Positions 11,787 through 21,892 of a DNA stretch of 36,813 bases are shown here, piece after piece (the first letter of the stretch is position 1; every line of letters starts with the position of its first letter). Origin of the DNA: Coniocarpon cinnabarinum (lineage: Eukaryota); NCBI GenBank assembly GCA_051942205.1, contig JAVECO010000027.1, forward strand, positions 124,001 to 160,813, in the 5' to 3' direction. The position numbers were made by a program, and so were the translations under genes. The notes beneath the pieces are model-generated. The model saw only the letters and a list, made by a program, of their open reading frames with translations. It was not told the DNA's origin and ran no database searches.

Positions 11787-12503
11787 AGCATCATATGTGC
11801 TTCAAGCACTGCACAGTACATGTGCGGTCTGGGCTTACAGGTGAAGGAAGTGTCAGAGGTCAAAAGCTCTTGCATTCATGATCATGTTTTTTATCATAAG
11901 AGAAAGTATAGAAAATAGCGGCAGGACGAGCTTGTCCGTGATCTGTGCTTTATGCTCTTTTGTAAGTCAGATCAGGTGTTGTCATTGCTGTATTGTGTAT
12001 TCAATGTTGTTATGCTGAATGCACGACAGAGCGCCCATACCATCATATGACATTGCTTTGGAGGCTGAGTGGATTAGCGTTAGAACGGTTTCGCCTTCGA
12101 CGACAGGGTGGCCAGTGCCGCAAAGGGTAGCAACGATTTCAATCAGTCTTCAGCTTCAACCACTGAATTGTGATCGGAAACATTCCATCGTTAACCTTTG
12201 CAGTACATCTGCGAGTGTGAGCTTGCTCACGAAGAATCTGTTGAGCTTGGCTTCTATTTCCAAAACGTTCTCGAGAGTTCAAATCAAGAAATGAGTACAG
12301 ACACCCTCGGGATAGGATGTGCGGTAGCACACCTCAGAAACTCCTTTCGGCGAGTGATAGAAGCTAGATCCTTGCTAGTCATAGCTGACTAGCAAGTGGA
12401 GTACAGACGGGCTAGGCGTCTCCGCGGCATACTAAGGTAAGCTATACATGGATCAAGTACCACACGTGATGCCTGGAGATCCTCACCAACATCCATTCGA
12501 ACT

Positions 12504-13364
12504 CTATGCGAAGATGTACTGCTGAACAACAGATGCAATTACCGCTCCGACTCCTACCACCACGGCAAGGTTGAACGCTGCATGCTTCAAAGCCCTGCCC
12601 GCAAACGCACTGAATGCCAACTGCAGCGTCGCCTGCTCATTTCGATGCGGGAACGGCGTATCCGGCACCGGCTTTCCCAAGAACTCGCAAAGAGGCTCCC
12701 AACCGCTCCCCAGCTCATATTCCAGGATGCGACCGGGCTCAGCATACGCCCGAATATTCTCATAGTGCTGCCTATATGCCGCTCGTGCGTTGCGCTTCGC
12801 TGTGGCTGCGTCTAGCGATCCAAAGAAACCTTCGCCCCACATGAAGCCTGTCTGCGCGACGCGGCCGTGCCACCAGGGATCCAAATAATAGAGCACGTAT
12901 TTATTCATCGGCGTTAGCATACCATCGAGAAGCGTGTACGCACTCTTGAGCCATTTCTCCTCGTCACGCTGGACGAGAACAACTTTGGCATCAGGATACG
13001 CGTCCATGAGTTCCTTCCAGAAGACGGCGCTCGGCGTGTCCGTGACAGCACCGCAGTGACACAGCAGCTGGTCAAAATGCTGACGCCAGTCGCGTTTGGG
13101 TCCGTTCTTGTATTTGCTCCGGAGTGCTTCGACCCACATGTCGGCGTCTTTGACGTTGGTGAACATCATGGCGTAGTGGTATGGATCCGGGAAACCGAGC
13201 GTGGACAGCGCTTCTTGCATCGAAAGCGTGCCTGTGCGGGACATGCCCAGCGAGAGTACTTCCATGGGAACTGTGCGTTTGCTGCCGTGACGATCGACGT
13301 TGGCGTCGGGACCTTTGATTGTGGCCCAGGCGCCGAGAAGGTCGTGATCAGTCTGTGAAGCCAT
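12504..13364 (-). CDS. P-loop sulfotransferase-family protein (Sulfotransfer_4-like) with C-terminal membrane anchor
   Basis: Motifs VLSLGMSRTGTLSM..AL..LG...YH, AVTD.P, ELMDAYPDAKVVLVQRD...W..S and GWEPLCEFLGKPVPDTPFPH.N. Hydrophobic C-terminus. Confidence 0.88.
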   Translation of the reverse strand: MASQTDHDLLGAWATIKGPDANVDRHGSKRTVPMEVLSLGMSRTGTLSMQEALSTLGFPDPYHYAMMFTNVKDADMWVEALRSKYKNGPKRDWRQHFDQLLCHCGAVTDTPSAVFWKELMDAYPDAKVVLVQRDEEKWLKSAYTLLDGMLTPMNKYVLYYLDPWWHGRVAQTGFMWGEGFFGSLDAATAKRNARAAYRQHYENIRAYAEPGRILEYELGSGWEPLCEFLGKPVPDTPFPHRNEQATLQLAFSAFAGRALKHAAFNLAVVVGVGAVIASVVQQYIFA

Positions 13365-15200
13365 GTATATCGCCGCTGTAATGGAATTTGGGGTGTGTGT
13401 GAGCGACGTGAATGTAGCTTGGCTGGTAAAGCGCTGATGTTTGATGGTACATCTCGACGCTCAAATTTGGGGTGCAAGCGGATGCGGCACAGCAGATCGG
13501 GGCGCCTATAACCTAAAACGGAAAATGGGGGATTGCGAAATGACGGAGGTGTAGATCAAATCACCAAAGAGCATTTACTGCTACAAGAAAAGCTTGTGTC
13601 AAGTCTGGGGTGTGCAAAAGATCTATGAGGCACCGCGGACGTGAAGAGACACTACGAAACGAAAATATTAGCGTAGAGAAGGTTTGTTCGACCATGCCAG
13701 AGCTGCGGAGAAGGTAAGGGGAATGCAAAGGAGGATTGAAATGCCATAGAGTCGCTGATTGCTTTGCTTTGATCACCTCATAAGCGACTCAAAGGGTACC
13801 AAATGCATTCCCGCAGGTCCGCCTTCGCTTACCATGCTACACCAGCTAGAGCTTGATCTGCTATGTGCACTCTCTTCATTGCAACAAAGCGGTGCAAAGA
13901 ACTTGCAGGACTAGCTCAAATCATGAAAAGAGGCGACGGTAGCAAATGAGTTTTGATCTAGACGTAAGCTCGCTTCGGTGGTAAGTACGTTACCGCCTAG
14001 TAAAATTCAAGATCACTGGCGACGCAGGTCTCGATTATGTACGCGAGTGCATGCTGCAGAGTCTGTATCAGAGTAGTACTTATACCCACGAGAAATGCGC
14101 GGGATTGACGCCTCTGTAGTCTAATCTTCCTACAAGCTCTTCAGCGAGTGATTGTCCGTTAATCTAAAGCGTCTTCGGCGAAGATTCGTAAAATGGTTCG
14201 AATCGGTCTGTCGATGTCCTCGCAGAAACGACAGGTCTTATTGTCGTCCTGTTGGCCAGCCATTGCCAGGGTTTCGACGCGTCAGAATTCGCCATCAGGT
14301 CGCTAAGCTCGAGCAGTCTTCGTATCATGTGAGACGGGCCTATTGCACCCTGCACGGTTGTTGGGAGTGGTGACTGGCTGGCAGACATGTGCTACAAAAT
14401 CTTGACATGGCGGCTGCAGTGGGCCCTGGGAGTATCTAGAAATCTATATTCAAGCACGCACGATGAAAAGTCACGTTCATTTGCCTCCCAAACTTCAGTA
14501 GCTAGAAAGACGCACTAGATCTAAAGTGGAATACTTCTGCCAGCCCCTTGAAAAGAAACCCACCCACAGTCTGCCTTCTCTCCTTCTTTCAAAATGCGAC
14601 GATACTACCAGCCTGCCTCGATCATTCTGAGCGCATGCAGCTCATACGAATGTTGAGGTAATCAGGACTGCTCTTGCTAAACAATTTCCTATTTGAAAGG
14701 CTCGCCGCGAAATCCGCACCAGCCGCAATGCCCGTTCAAATACTGAGTGGCTATTATACATTAGGGATACCTGCCTGTCATGCAGACGTGCGAGCAATGG
14801 TCAAGTGCAATCTACGTCAGGCTTGAGAAAACCTGAAGCAGCATGTGCTCTTCGCTGCGATTTTGTACCAGCGCTCACTCGAGTGGATCTCATTTCAAGC
14901 CCATGCTGACGCTGGCCATGGGTCTACCGTACAAACTTCTTTTTAGCTGTCAAACCCATTCTAGGCCAGCGGAGACACTCGTGTTCCCAATTGTATCAGC
15001 ACCTGTTCTCAATATGATGCGTTATAAGCTGACACTGACCGTGAACGAGCGCCACTTTGAAAGTTTACATGAAAATAAGGTAGCGAGTATAGACTCCCCC
15101 CTTTACGTTAACCAGGGGAAGAATCACTGGTACCACAACTATTTTCCTGATTCACTTGCATGTCGAAAAAGACAAAAGTCTTCTAGTATCAAACGTCGCT

Positions 15201-15769
15201 ATGCCCTTCGGGAAGCTTATCGGCTTCTCTGTGGCGCTCGTCGCCAATGCTGCGGCTGGCGTGTTACATTCGTTCGCAAGGTCGTTAATCGACCCAATGT
15301 TCGACATTACTGACGAAGCCCTTGGTAGCCCCAGCTGCTGAGGCAGTCGCCGAGCCGGTCGTCGAGCTCGCTGCGCTTGGTGACGACTACACCAACACAA
15401 CGCTTATAGCTCACAAGGGCAGCCACTCCGCTTACGTCTACAGCGGCTTCGGCTGCACAGGCGTAGTCGTCTATGAGATCCACGACTTCGGATGTGAATG
15501 GAGATGCCATCCCTTTGGGGGTGGTAGCAGTGTCCTGCTTACTGAAGCAAGCACTGGCGACCCATACCTACGGCCGACTTTTGTATGCATTGAACACGGC
15601 TGGGCTTAATTGCAGCATGAACACGTGCTGACATCGGCTCCTTCATTCGTCTAATAGCTGTGGTGGAGGAATGGTGAAGCACGCTGGTATAGGTAGTGGC
15701 ACCTCTGCGTGCACCAATGTTGCTAGTCAGGGTTCTTGGGCGAGTGTGTATTGCTACTGTGGCTGCTAA
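15201..15769 (+). pseudogene. Small secreted cysteine-rich protein gene, apparently damaged
   Basis: Signal-peptide exon MPFGKLIGFSVALVANAAA. Middle exon PAAEAVAEP...YSGFGCTG...DFGCEWRC. After a GTATGC...GCTGAC...TAG intron-like segment comes a last exon CGGGMVKHAGIGSGTSACTNVASQGSWASVYCYCGC*. Exon phases do not join with canonical sites. Confidence 0.55.
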
Positions 15770-16302
15770 AGTGCTCCATGGCGGTAGCAATAAGCCGACC
15801 ATCTGGAGCTGAACAGGTTTTGAATCTTGGAGTTGCAATATTGTTACAAACGCTCACTTTTGTCCATGTTGTCTCGAATAATGTTTGTTGGTCAGTTTAT
15901 ACATGTCGCTATGAACTGAGTTACAGAGATACACCAGGGCAGTCTTCAATGTCCTCCCTGCGCATGCTAGAGCTTCATAAAGTTTCTGGACTTTGTTCAG
16001 GCTGCGTGCAAGGATGTTCTTTGATGCTCGCTCGGAGACATTGTTGTCTTTATATTTTGTTAAAAGGATTTGTTCCACACGTACGCACATAGGTGCCTGA
16101 ATCTAGGCGATCCCGGGTCTCCCTGGTGGACATGGTGCTGTTTACGGCGGGTCTTGTCGCCAATTCCTACGGGCGCTACACCTGCGGTGGCACATTCAAA
16201 CTCAGAGCGATTGCCCATGAAAACCTAAGCGCCGCGCAAAGAGGCGGGCGCGTAACGTGATATAAACAACGCCCACTGTGAGAACAGATGACAGCGACAC
16301 AC

Positions 16303-16469
16303 CTTTGTAACGTATCAAAGAAGTCTTGTGGTTCTTTAAGGATATGTATCTGATGCGGTTGAATAGCAAACGATGGAGCGAGCTTGTTTAGTTCGAGCTT
16401 GAGATGAAATAGACTGTGAGAACAGGATTGAGAGCGCCAGAACCTGGGCGGCTGTCGCAAGCGCCTCAT
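16303..16469 (-). pseudogene. PGS1: Orphan 5' fragment of PGS1-like phosphatidylglycerophosphate synthase
   Basis: MRRLRQPPRFWRSQS (presequence-like) followed by LELNKLAPSFAIQPHQIHILKEPQDFFDTLQ. This resembles the ELD.IAP.F......I.I...P..FYETLK N-terminal block of fungal Pgs1. It ends at a GTGTGT donor-like site, and no downstream Pgs1 exons are visible. Confidence 0.6.
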
Positions 16470-16569
16470 CTGTCTCACTGACCTCAGCGTTACGCAAACG
16501 ACCTACGGCAGCCGGTACGATGAATACCATGAATATGAGGAGAGGTCGTCCGGCTTCTCATAGCGCGTT

Positions 16570-16620
16570 AAAGATCACGTGACTGATAAACCACGTGATC
16601 TTTGCTTTGAGTACCACGTT
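16570..16620. promoter_or_regulatory. 12-bp inverted repeat AAAGATCACGTG-N10-CACGTGATCTTT with clustered E-boxes
   Basis: Perfect IR at 16570-16581 / 16592-16603. CACGTG twice plus CACGTT at 16615-16620. It lies between the divergent PGS1 fragment and the captain. Confidence 0.5.
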
Positions 16621-16899
16621 AAGTCGACCTTGCGCCGAAGTCGAAACCCCAGCTCTCGGCCCTGGCTATGCGCGCCTGTGTGTCTTGATGTTATGCTGAA
16701 TCAGGATGTCGATAATTATTACAAGAGGCGCAAATGGCGTTAACATGAAAAATTTCAGGCATCCACCCCTTTCCTTCGCTTTCAGTTTGTCCACTGCTTC
16801 GCTCTCTCGTTAATCTTTTTTGCTTCTTATATCTCCTGTGTGCCTTTAGAACTTCTTTGCCGCTTTCAAGTACTTTATGCACGCTGGTTCCTTAGAAAA

Positions 16900-19175
16900 A
16901 TGGATTCGTCAACAGCTCCGCTCAATCAAGATTACTATGACTGGCTTGAAGAGAACGATGAAAACGAAGATGAACCTATCCGTCTCAAGAAGAGCTCAGC
17001 TAGACGTGCTGAGATTCAATGGAAATTGTGGAAGAGGTACTGCCTGTCTAACAGACATTGACAGCGTTGCTAATTTTGGCTACAGATTCTGCATCTTCCG
17101 TGCTAAGCATCATCTTAGCGACGAGGCAGTCCTCTTGAGCCTCGACACAGCGACCATCCAAAGGATCAAAACCTACATGCACTGGTACCTCGATACGCAC
17201 GACACTGTTCGCGACCTCGATAGCTTCTACACCGTCATGCGTGTATGGCGGATGATGTATGCCCTCAGGACGGCTCATCGGATTTCCCGTGAAACTGCTG
17301 CGCTGATGAAGCAAGTAGGTGTCGTTGATTCTAGAGCCGAACGACTTTTGATTCTAGCTTGTTATAGTATATTGGAACAACTATTCAAAAGAGGTACAAA
17401 CTCGGCGAACAGAAAGAAGAGAAGTCGACTTTTAGCGTGGACGATGTTTTCAACTTGCTGCATTTCTACTGGGTTCATTCTACACACGCATACCACATCG
17501 AACGGGAACGTATACAGCACGCGTTACTTATTCTCTTCATGAGCTACACGACCGCACGAACAGGGACTTTGATTGAGACGGTCGACTATTAGGACTCTGA
17601 AGCCAATCTAAGGTACAACGACATCCGCATCATTCTCGTCTGCGACCCTTTAGATTCGACAAGGACAATACTGCTTATAATAGTAAAATTGCGTCTCTAT
17701 AAAGGGCGGCGGAACAGCGGTGTAGCGTAAGTTCCTAATTAACAGGCCAGGAGAGTCGGCTCACTCGTAGTAGGCCAATCTTTGTATTTTACGAACGTAA
17801 CGACAATCTTATGTTTTGTCCTATTCTCTATGTTCTTGCGCTAGCTTTCTACGACCACGCCTTTAAGAGTAAATGGATTTAGACCCCAGAGGATATTGAA
17901 AGAATATGCATCCCCTCGCAGTTGAATAGTGTTCCGCTTAAGTGGAACGAAGTCATAGCTAAGAAGCCTCTTTTTCGTAGAGCCGAGAAGACCGAGGAAG
18001 GCTGGATTATATCAGACACCAAGGGCCTTGATGAGAAGAAACTCAATCAAAGCACACAGCAACTTACTAAAAATGCAGGCTTTAAACAGAGAGTCACTTT
18101 TTATTTATTCCGACGGGGTGCTGCTACTGCGATCAACAGTAAGTTTATTTAGCCGCGTTTGACAATCACCTTACTAAGAGACTACTAAGAAATCGCAACA
18201 AGCGCTGAACGCAATCACGCTATAGGCTACAAGCGTTCTGAATTGTTCTATAATCATTATATCAGAGCTGTGGTTGGAGTCGACACACAGTTAGCATTCC
18301 TGGGCACACTATTAAGAGAGTTGCTTGTTCGTCTGGCGGGCTACATAAGTCTTACCCGCGACCCGCGCGCTATAGCAGCTTTTTGTGCTGAAAATGACAA
18401 AGACGTTAAGAACGATGAAATCGTTACATCACTTAATGAAAAGCTAAAGTCTCTTCGCTTTGATATTATCTCCTCCTATAGCCAAATCAAAAAAGCGCAC
18501 GGTACACTTATTAGCAAGCACTACAGGAACGTACAGGAGAAATTAAAACTTAGGCGCAAATGGGTACGGAAAGAGCACGAACGCCAATTCTTGTCCTCGT
18601 ATTTTGTAAACGCTGGAAATAGAGAAATCGATCGTCAGCGACGCGGTGACGCTCCAATAGAATCGCCGTCCCCTCCTACATTCTTGATTCTGGAGCGCAC
18701 CGAGCTAGCCAGGCTTCTCTGTTGCAATGACAACGTGGACGACATGGACGAGAAGATTCTTACAGATCACAGACGCCTTGCGCTGAAAAACATGATTTCC
18801 CTTTCTAGCTTACGCTCTCCTCCTGTTTTACGGACTCTCCCTCAAGGGAAACGCAAGAAGGGCAATAGTGTAGAAGAGACCACGGATTAGACACAGCAGC
18901 CAAAGAAGCAAGCTAAATTATCTGTTACGCAGTGTCCCTAGTGCGCCAGCAATCCGCATAATACCGATGAAGTTGCTTTCAGAACATTCTCACGGATGGA
19001 CAGTCTGGTACGACACATCGTTGAGCAGCATCTGCCTTTCAAAAAGTTCTTAGAGTCACCGGGATGCCCATTTCCTGACTGTGCGATCCTGTCGGAGAGT
19101 GAGGCAGTCTTCAAAAACCATTTCCTGTCCACGCATCACATCAACCTATCACAGGCAGGGCGTAAGCGCACTTGA
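16900..19175 (+). pseudogene. Starship captain: DUF3435 tyrosine recombinase with C-terminal C2H2-like fingers, RIP-inactivated; introns 17037-17085, 17315-17367, 17727-17773, 18139-18189
   Basis: Spliced translation gives W.RFC, ERERIQHALLILFMSYTTARTGTLIE, LYKGRR, DNLMFCPILYVLALAFYDHAF, YLFRRGAATAIN, ERNHAIGYKRSELFYNHYI...VGVDTQ.AFLG, SLTRDPRA, CP.C...FSRMDSLVRHIVEQH and CPFPDC...FKNHFLSTH. In-frame TAG stops at 17590, 17880, 18888 and 18939. Confidence 0.9.
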
Positions 19176-19327
19176 GCAGGAACTTTCTCTTTCAGTAATT
19201 TGTACAACAGCGTCAGCTTGACTATCCCAGCCGTCATTACCCTATAATTTTCATGCGTTCAGATGAAATTCATACACTGCTGCTTTATGACTCAAAAGCG
19301 AAGCTTAATTCCCTCTCGCACAGCTAA

Positions 19328-19749
19328 TCATTGGCTAATACTATCCTCAGTCGCTTGAGACTCGTCCGTATCTACTCTGTATGTCTCAGGCTGTTCAGAG
19401 TCCTTTTCTAGACTTTGGACCCCGAATTTACTCTCGTCCAATCTTTCTGGCGCAAGGAAAGACCCAGGGCTCCTAAGCAATGGAGGGAGCCAGCTCTTCT
19501 CCTGCAATAGGTAAGCTGCTGCTTGAAAAGAGATTGCGGGAAACCTACGACTGTTTCTCGGCTTGGTGGCCAGGATGGATTTTTGCTTGAGCAATACGTA
19601 AAGAATTTGCCATTTGAGAAGACCACAATATACACTTCTGCTTGACATAGCGTCTGAAGTTCGTTGCCTTTCCTCATAAGAGACTGCGTACGTTTGCGGA
19701 ACTTTTCATTCACGGCACGTCGGCGATCAACGCGAGCTGGTGCCATCAT
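19328..19749 (-). CDS. Short MADS-box (SRF-type) domain protein, 2 exons, 124 aa; intron 19502-19548
   Basis: RRRAVNEKFRKRTQSLMRKGNELQTLCQAEVYIVVFSNGKFFTYCSS..PSWPPS matches the MADS core (F.KR..gL.kKa.EL..LC.aev.liv). A GTAGGT...CAG intron joins the frame of ORF 19328-19648. Confidence 0.85.
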
Positions 19750-19964
19750 TTGTGCTGGAGATGTATCACATTGAGGACTGGGAGTATCGAGCCTAGATGT
19801 GTATGAGCATAACACGCTAGGTACGAAGTCTCGGGCCCCCGTCTCGTGGCTTGACAAGCATGGTCTCCGATGTCTCAGCCCTCGACATGATTGATCAACG
19901 ACCACGGATGGAGGCTTGACCTGACTGCACGGTACGCATGAATGCTACGATCGTCGCATCAAAT

Positions 19965-20097
19965 TCATCGCCATCGCCGTCACACCATCGGCTGCCATTA
20001 TTGCCATCACCGACACCACCGGCATCACCGGCATCACCGGCACCACCGCCATCACCGGCATCACCGGCACCACCGCCATCACCGCCATCACCGCCAT
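19965..20097. repeat. Imperfect 9-bp tandem repeat (CACCGGCAT/CACCGCCAT/CACCGGCAC)n
   Basis: Read directly. It translates as (HHR)n on + or (GDA/GDG/GGA)n on -. Confidence 0.85.
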
Positions 20098-20325
20098 GAG
20101 CAAATGCAAAAGCCAGGTGTGCTAGTCGTACCATCAACCCTTTGAACACAAGAAGTTCAGCACTCATCCGTCACGCCACTGCTTGAAAGCTAGTCGGTTG
20201 ACAGCTGCAACCTAGTTGAGCCTAAGCCCCATGTTCCCTTCAGCACCATATATCCCACCACCATCAGGAACTCAACGACCTCGCTGCCGACTGCAAGTAT
20301 GTCACAATACTAGCCTGGCTACCAG

Positions 20326-21573
20326 CTAGTGAGCTGGGATTGTCAGGGCTGTATGTGATAGCTGCACGGAAGACTTGAAATGATCCAAAACTTCATCTTT
20401 CCGAGCACCATGCTGGATAAACGCCGCAACAGCTTCTTGTAAAGCTGAACTGCAGCCGTTGGTGGGCAGGTATCTGTAGCATCGTGTGACCGTTTTCTTC
20501 CTGGGATCATATTTGCCAGAAAAAAGATCCTGAAGGGCAAAGCCTTTTAAAGGCTTGCCGCGAAGCAGCCGTAAAACGCGAATCCATAGCGTTCGAGAAT
20601 CTGTCGATATTGTAAAGAGATAGATCTTGTTAAAGAATAAGTGCTCAAGACTTGTCATACTCTTTAGCCCCCTTAGCAATTGGGCTGGGACGACGACGTG
20701 CTTCATGTTCAATCCTAAAAGTCCATGAAAGAGTGGTGTCCTAAACGTTCTGCCTATTGGCAAAAAACCATGTTTGCGTTCGCTTTCAACGCCCTCAAGT
20801 TGAAGCGATTCAAGGTTGTCTCTCACTCCTTTTAGGTACCTGGACGTAAACGCAAGCCCCATAAAACTTATTTCACTTGTCATTTCAAGCCTATTTGGCG
20901 ATTGCGCCATGACACTTGTGATCTGGTGCTGATTCTCCACTCTAGAGGGCCATTCAGTCATGATACCATGCCAGTGAATTTTGATCAGTTCAACTTTAGT
21001 CTGCGAAGCAGCGAATGGTCGCCAAAAATCTAAAAAGTCATCTCCGCCCAACTTTGGCGGCTGTGGGTTCTCGTACCAATTTTGCCGGTGCCCAGGTTCT
21101 GATGGCGCACTAACGTCGGGTCTGATAAAACGTATCGTCGAGAGAAATGGGAAGCTACTGAATACTGTTCGAAGGTGTGTCACAGTTTCATCCTCTTTCA
21201 TTAAACGTGATGATTCCTGGATATCGATGCAGGGTGAGCTTGCAATAGGACCCCTGCATTTCACCAAGGGCGCAACTGTGGGCGCAAAGAAGCTTATCGA
21301 TTGAGCCTGACACTGATAATCCTCGTTCCTTAGAAGTAGCTTGAACTTCTCTACACAAGATCTCGTTGGAAACCAGTTCAAGGAAGCGAAGAGGCCGTGT
21401 TTTAATTGTGGAGAGGTCGAAAAGTACCAGCATGTCAGACGAAGCGAGGCGCAAGCGCGTTTCTGAGGGCTGTGTATCCCCCAAGATAGGGTGTCCTCGG
21501 CCAATAAGTATGGGAATATCTCATGGCCAAGTATTTGAAACAGGTAGGTAAGAGATGATGTTTCTGATGCCAT
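20326..21573 (-). CDS. Hypothetical protein with F-box-like N-terminus and Leu-rich repeat-like C-terminus
   Basis: Uninterrupted 415-aa ATG ORF. N-terminal ILGHEIFPYL...ASLRLTCWYF resembles the fungal F-box pattern. LESLQLEG, LLGLNM and LEHLFFNKI repeats follow. Confidence 0.55.
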   Translation of the reverse strand: MASETSSLTYLFQILGHEIFPYLLAEDTLSWGIHSPQKRACASLRLTCWYFSTSPQLKHGLFASLNWFPTRSCVEKFKLLLRNEDYQCQAQSISFFAPTVAPLVKCRGPIASSPCIDIQESSRLMKEDETVTHLRTVFSSFPFLSTIRFIRPDVSAPSEPGHRQNWYENPQPPKLGGDDFLDFWRPFAASQTKVELIKIHWHGIMTEWPSRVENQHQITSVMAQSPNRLEMTSEISFMGLAFTSRYLKGVRDNLESLQLEGVESERKHGFLPIGRTFRTPLFHGLLGLNMKHVVVPAQLLRGLKSMTSLEHLFFNKIYLFTISTDSRTLWIRVLRLLRGKPLKGFALQDLFSGKYDPRKKTVTRCYRYLPTNGCSSALQEAVAAFIQHGARKDEVLDHFKSSVQLSHTALTIPAH

Positions 21574-21892
21574 GGAAGGTCGAAAACAGTGCTATGTTGG
21601 CCGGTATCAAGGTCAGGAGAAGGAATCAGAGTTTGGGAAGAGCAGAAAGAGCGTTGGGGTGAGCTTGCCCGAGTGCTACGCCGCAGGCAGCAAATTGCAG
21701 AACACACGCTTTTCTCATCTTGGCTTTAGCGCTGTGCTGTCGAAGACTCGGTTAGGGCGAAGGGCTTTGGCCTTCTTATAAAGAGTCACTTTTGCGCGAT
21801 AGGCAGGAAGACGCTCTAAGCAATGAGCTGATCGTTAAAATATCCATCACGACTGTGAAGCGCAATTGCAAACGGCACTCATTTGCTAATTG

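Noticed and set aside
19942..20145. His/Arg-rich ORF (HHR)n as a metal-binding peptide
   Set aside because: It is the translation of a 9-bp tandem repeat. The opposite strand gives an equally open Gly/Asp ORF, and there is no independent coding evidence.
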